This document shows, piece by piece, positions 60,944 to 64,000 of a stretch of 64,000 nucleotides of DNA. Source of the stretch: Candidatus Peribacteria bacterium (GTDB taxonomy: Bacteria; Patescibacteriota; Gracilibacteria; Peribacterales; Peribacteraceae); the NCBI GenBank assembly GCA_041691135.1, contig JBEPVF010000002.1, positions 1 through 64,000 on the forward strand, in the 5' to 3' direction. Made by a program: the position numbers and the translations under genes. The first letter of the stretch is position 1. Each line of letters begins with the position of its first letter. Under the pieces are notes generated by a model, which saw nothing but the letters and a program-made list of their open reading frames with translations, was not told where the DNA came from and made no database searches.

Positions 60944-63559
60944 TCAAATATTTGCTGACTTCGACTGAACTTTGGCCCATGCCGCTGATAAATGTTCGAT
61001 AGCCTCATCAATTTCCCGAAGCAGAACAGGCCCGATATTCTCAATTAATCCCCGTTCCTGGGAAGTCAGGGAAAGATAGTCTCCCACCGTATAGATAGCC
61101 TCGCTTTCAAAAGTATTGATCGCCCGGAGAGGAACAGCTAATTCGGTGAGGGCAGTGTCGTGGAATGGATGATGGTAGCCACTTGCCAATGTACGAACTG
61201 TCGACAAGGTATTCTGTTCATCTTCATCCGCGCGATCTCTTTCATACATTCCAAGAGCATAGCGAAGCGGGTGATCGGATATTTGTAATTTCGCCAATGC
61301 TTTAGCTTCGATCTGTCTCACGCGTTCACGTGTCACTTTCAAAACTTTCGCACATTCCTCCAGAGTGTTCGCTCTTCCATAGAGGGCAGGATCGAAGGTG
61401 AGCTGAAGTGGTGGCACCTTGGTTGGATCTATATGTTCGGTAAAACCCAGACCATAGCGCAGGTTAAGAACAAGACGTTCGCGACTGGGTAATGACCGAA
61501 GCGCGAGTTGCATTGCGTCGCGCCGCTGTATGTCATATGCGTTGTCCTCAGGTGCGCATTCTCTCCCCTCAGCAATAAAATACATTCTCGCCGTTTCACC
61601 TTCTCCCAACGGATTATCCAAACTTATGAGCGACCTATCCATATCGAGCGCATGACTGACGTCAGCCTCTGCGAGATCCAAGGCGTCTGCGATTTGCTTG
61701 CAACTCGGCTTTTCAAAATATGTTTGCTGATAATCACCGATGTATCGGTGAATATGTATCAGCCTTTCGTTTATGTGAACGGGTAAACGGATTTCTCGCT
61801 TGTCGTTTGCAATGGACCGCGTGATGCGCTGCCTGATCCAGTGCGTCGCATACGTAGAAAATTTCAATCCACGGCTAGGATCCCACAAATCAACCGCACG
61901 CATTGCACCCAGTATTCCCTCTTTGATCACGTCCATGAAGGGAATGCCTTTGTTTCTATAGTTTTTTGCAATCGATACGCACAGCCTGGTATTTGCCAAT
62001 ACAAGTTTTTGCCGGCGTGTATTCAGGCCTGCATGCAAGGCACCTATCTCTTCGAGTATCCCATCGAATGCACTCGGTGTTTCTCCCGTCTCCCGAACAA
62101 GTTCCTGCCGAAGCGAGTCTCGATTCTCGTCAGTCGCTTTGGCAAGTCGAGACTGCAAATCCACACCAGACTGCAAAAGCTCAGAGAATATTTCATCACG
62201 AAAAGGCATTACTGTGAGCATCCGTTCCAGCACGGCAATGCCTTCGGGCGAAGGTGTTTCGGTTGTTTCATCCGATTGTCTGTCCTCCACCTCCAGGGCA
62301 TTGAGCGTATTGAGTATGAGCATCTTATTGACCGATGGGCTTAGGCCAGGGGCAAACTGCGTCTCTGTTGTGTGTTTCGGTACATTGAAATATGTGGTGA
62401 TCCGAAGGCTTTCTTCGGAATCAAACAATGACCGGTATATTGCAACAGCCTTTGTTTGGAAGAAATGATGTGACAGCATTGTATGTCGCAAATCCGTTCG
62501 CAAGTCCACGATCAAATACCCCAAGTCAGACTCTTGTTGTTTGGAAAGCAAAGGAGCCCTGGTGACACTGGCAAAGAAATGATTGATGTCATCCAAAATG
62601 ATTTTTCGCGTTTTCGCATCACTATCTTCCACTTCCCGAAGTTGCAGCAGCTCTGTCGGCTGAATTTCCCAATCTGCCGCATCCGCCGATATATCGTCTT
62701 CAAGCGTATCTGTGGTCCCCACATCTATGACGTCAATGGTTTCGGCCGTTTCAATATGCAAGTCGCGCGCGCCAATATGATAGCGTTTAACAAACAGCTG
62801 AAATGCCGCACGGCGCTCGACCAGTTTCGCAAGTACCGTGCAAAGCGCAGCCGATACTTCCGGCGAAAAGATATCACCATTGATGCGTTGAAATACATTT
62901 GCAGTAAGACGAGCTTCTTTCAACACTTCGGCAATGATTGCTTCTTCCTGATCTGCTTTTTCAGGCTGTCTGTCCTGCTGCAAATTGGATGCCGGGGTCT
63001 GCTGCGGCACTTGCTTTCTCCACTCGCTGACCGCCGGACCGTACAATTTAAAACGCTCAAGAAAGGCTTTTTTCGCGCCTGACACCTTGCGGATCGCGTC
63101 AAGCATACGAAGAATGTCTGCTTTCTGCTCAGGGTTGTAGATTCCCACATGTCTTGCAAGGGTGTCGGGAGTGAAGTGCGTCGAGGTTTCGAACGCTTTA
63201 TGGATGGCGTCATCGAGTGTAATACCCTTCGGCAAAAGCTGTGGGGATAGTTCCTGTGCAACAGGCACCTCATGTTCATCGGAGGACGTGGAAGAACTGC
63301 CAGAGGCACGTTGCTGCATGACAGATTCAATGTCAGCACGTATCTGTAAAAACGCCTGCCATGCCTGCCGTGGCATCAATACCGGTTTTTTTCCGGACTG
63401 CAAAAGAGCGTGAATTTTATCGAGCGTAATATCCTGTTGGACCCATGGATCGCGCATGTGCACCCTCTTTATTGCGTTAACAGCATCTTCGACGCGCTCA
63501 GCATCTATCGTGCCGATTGATGGCAAAACACCTAGTTTCATGAAAAGGTATTGATTCAA
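60944..63559 (-). CDS. Divergent RpoD-like sigma70 with C-terminal RNAP alpha-CTD-like domain
   Basis: PLLSKQQE (1.2), NTRLCVSIAKNY...KFSTYATHWIRQ (2), TLEECAKVLKVTRERVRQIEAKAL (4), LTELAVPLRAINTFESEAIYTVGD...NIG (alpha-CTD). Confidence 0.88.
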   Translation of the reverse strand: MNQYLFMKLGVLPSIGTIDAERVEDAVNAIKRVHMRDPWVQQDITLDKIHALLQSGKKPVLMPRQAWQAFLQIRADIESVMQQRASGSSSTSSDEHEVPVAQELSPQLLPKGITLDDAIHKAFETSTHFTPDTLARHVGIYNPEQKADILRMLDAIRKVSGAKKAFLERFKLYGPAVSEWRKQVPQQTPASNLQQDRQPEKADQEEAIIAEVLKEARLTANVFQRINGDIFSPEVSAALCTVLAKLVERRAAFQLFVKRYHIGARDLHIETAETIDVIDVGTTDTLEDDISADAADWEIQPTELLQLREVEDSDAKTRKIILDDINHFFASVTRAPLLSKQQESDLGYLIVDLRTDLRHTMLSHHFFQTKAVAIYRSLFDSEESLRITTYFNVPKHTTETQFAPGLSPSVNKMLILNTLNALEVEDRQSDETTETPSPEGIAVLERMLTVMPFRDEIFSELLQSGVDLQSRLAKATDENRDSLRQELVRETGETPSAFDGILEEIGALHAGLNTRRQKLVLANTRLCVSIAKNYRNKGIPFMDVIKEGILGAMRAVDLWDPSRGLKFSTYATHWIRQRITRSIANDKREIRLPVHINERLIHIHRYIGDYQQTYFEKPSCKQIADALDLAEADVSHALDMDRSLISLDNPLGEGETARMYFIAEGRECAPEDNAYDIQRRDAMQLALRSLPSRERLVLNLRYGLGFTEHIDPTKVPPLQLTFDPALYGRANTLEECAKVLKVTRERVRQIEAKALAKLQISDHPLRYALGMYERDRADEDEQNTLSTVRTLASGYHHPFHDTALTELAVPLRAINTFESEAIYTVGDYLSLTSQERGLIENIGPVLLREIDEAIEHLSAAWAKVQSKSANI

Positions 63560-63713
63560 TCATAAGACCTCTCTTTGTCCAAACAATTCACTGCCGCTGT
63601 GGGAGTTCACAAGGAGACAATGCACGTAATGTCTTGTTTTAGTTTTCAATCGTCCATGTAGAGTCGGCACAGTAAAAGCAGACAGCCTATCGTAGTGCGA
63701 TCATGAACATCGT

Positions 63714-64000
63714 TTATTTTCTCATTGCTATGGATAATTTTCTTTCAGCTGCCTGTTGGATTATTCTGATGCCTTCACGCGACATACCCATGGCTTCACC
63801 CAACTCTCGAAGTGTTTTTGGTTTACCGGTATCAAGACCATATCGCTCTGTAACGACGTCTCTTTCCGTGTCACTCAACAAATCCAGCTGCTCAAATAAC
63901 CGGTTCATATTTTCTCGAGATATACAGCTGTCTTCCGTTCCCGGCGCGCTATCCTCCACTTCATCTATTGGAAGCAAGTCCGACGAAGGATCAGTTATCA
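63714..64000 (-). CDS. C-terminus (region 4) of a second sigma70-family factor, truncated by window edge
   Basis: LSDTERDVV.ERYGL...KTLRELGEAMGMSREGIR.IQ..AE.KL. Confidence 0.85.
   Translation of the reverse strand, partial: ITDPSSDLLPIDEVEDSAPGTEDSCISRENMNRLFEQLDLLSDTERDVVTERYGLDTGKPKTLRELGEAMGMSREGIRIIQQAAERKLSIAMRK

Noticed and set aside
50333-64000. Prophage or integrative element
   Set aside because: No integrase, terminase, structural or conjugation genes, and no att repeats visible.

Overview
This window looks like part of a Candidate Phyla Radiation genome, most likely a Peribacteria/Peregrinibacteria-type organism. That is inferred from CPR-type multi-pilin membrane proteins, a Cys-rich zinc-ribbon protein, a short ATP synthase delta subunit, purM/pyrE, the near absence of Shine-Dalgarno sites and standard code 11. 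Housekeeping genes (rnc, nusB, rpmF, folP, glgP, pmm, gmk, udg, pheS, pyrE, rsmG, rlmE, ftsE, purM, atp operon, recQ, two tRNAs) are mixed with large secreted proteins. Main observations: (1) a four-helix-bundle (IVS/Avd-like) gene bracketed by inverted 9-nt-period repeat arms, with many gene-less 9- and 7-nt-period copies that mostly start at a stop codon; (2) a ~515-nt intergenic transcript candidate with its own promoter, terminator and many helices, matching no RNA family I recognise; (3) a WD40/M23/nuclease-tip polymorphic toxin with a coupled immunity gene, and a second surface protein, both carrying a Planctomycete-type LEDR export motif; (4) a divergent sigma70 fused to an RNA polymerase alpha-CTD; (5) pervasive leaderless gene starts. 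All family assignments come from recognising motifs by eye; no searches were run.
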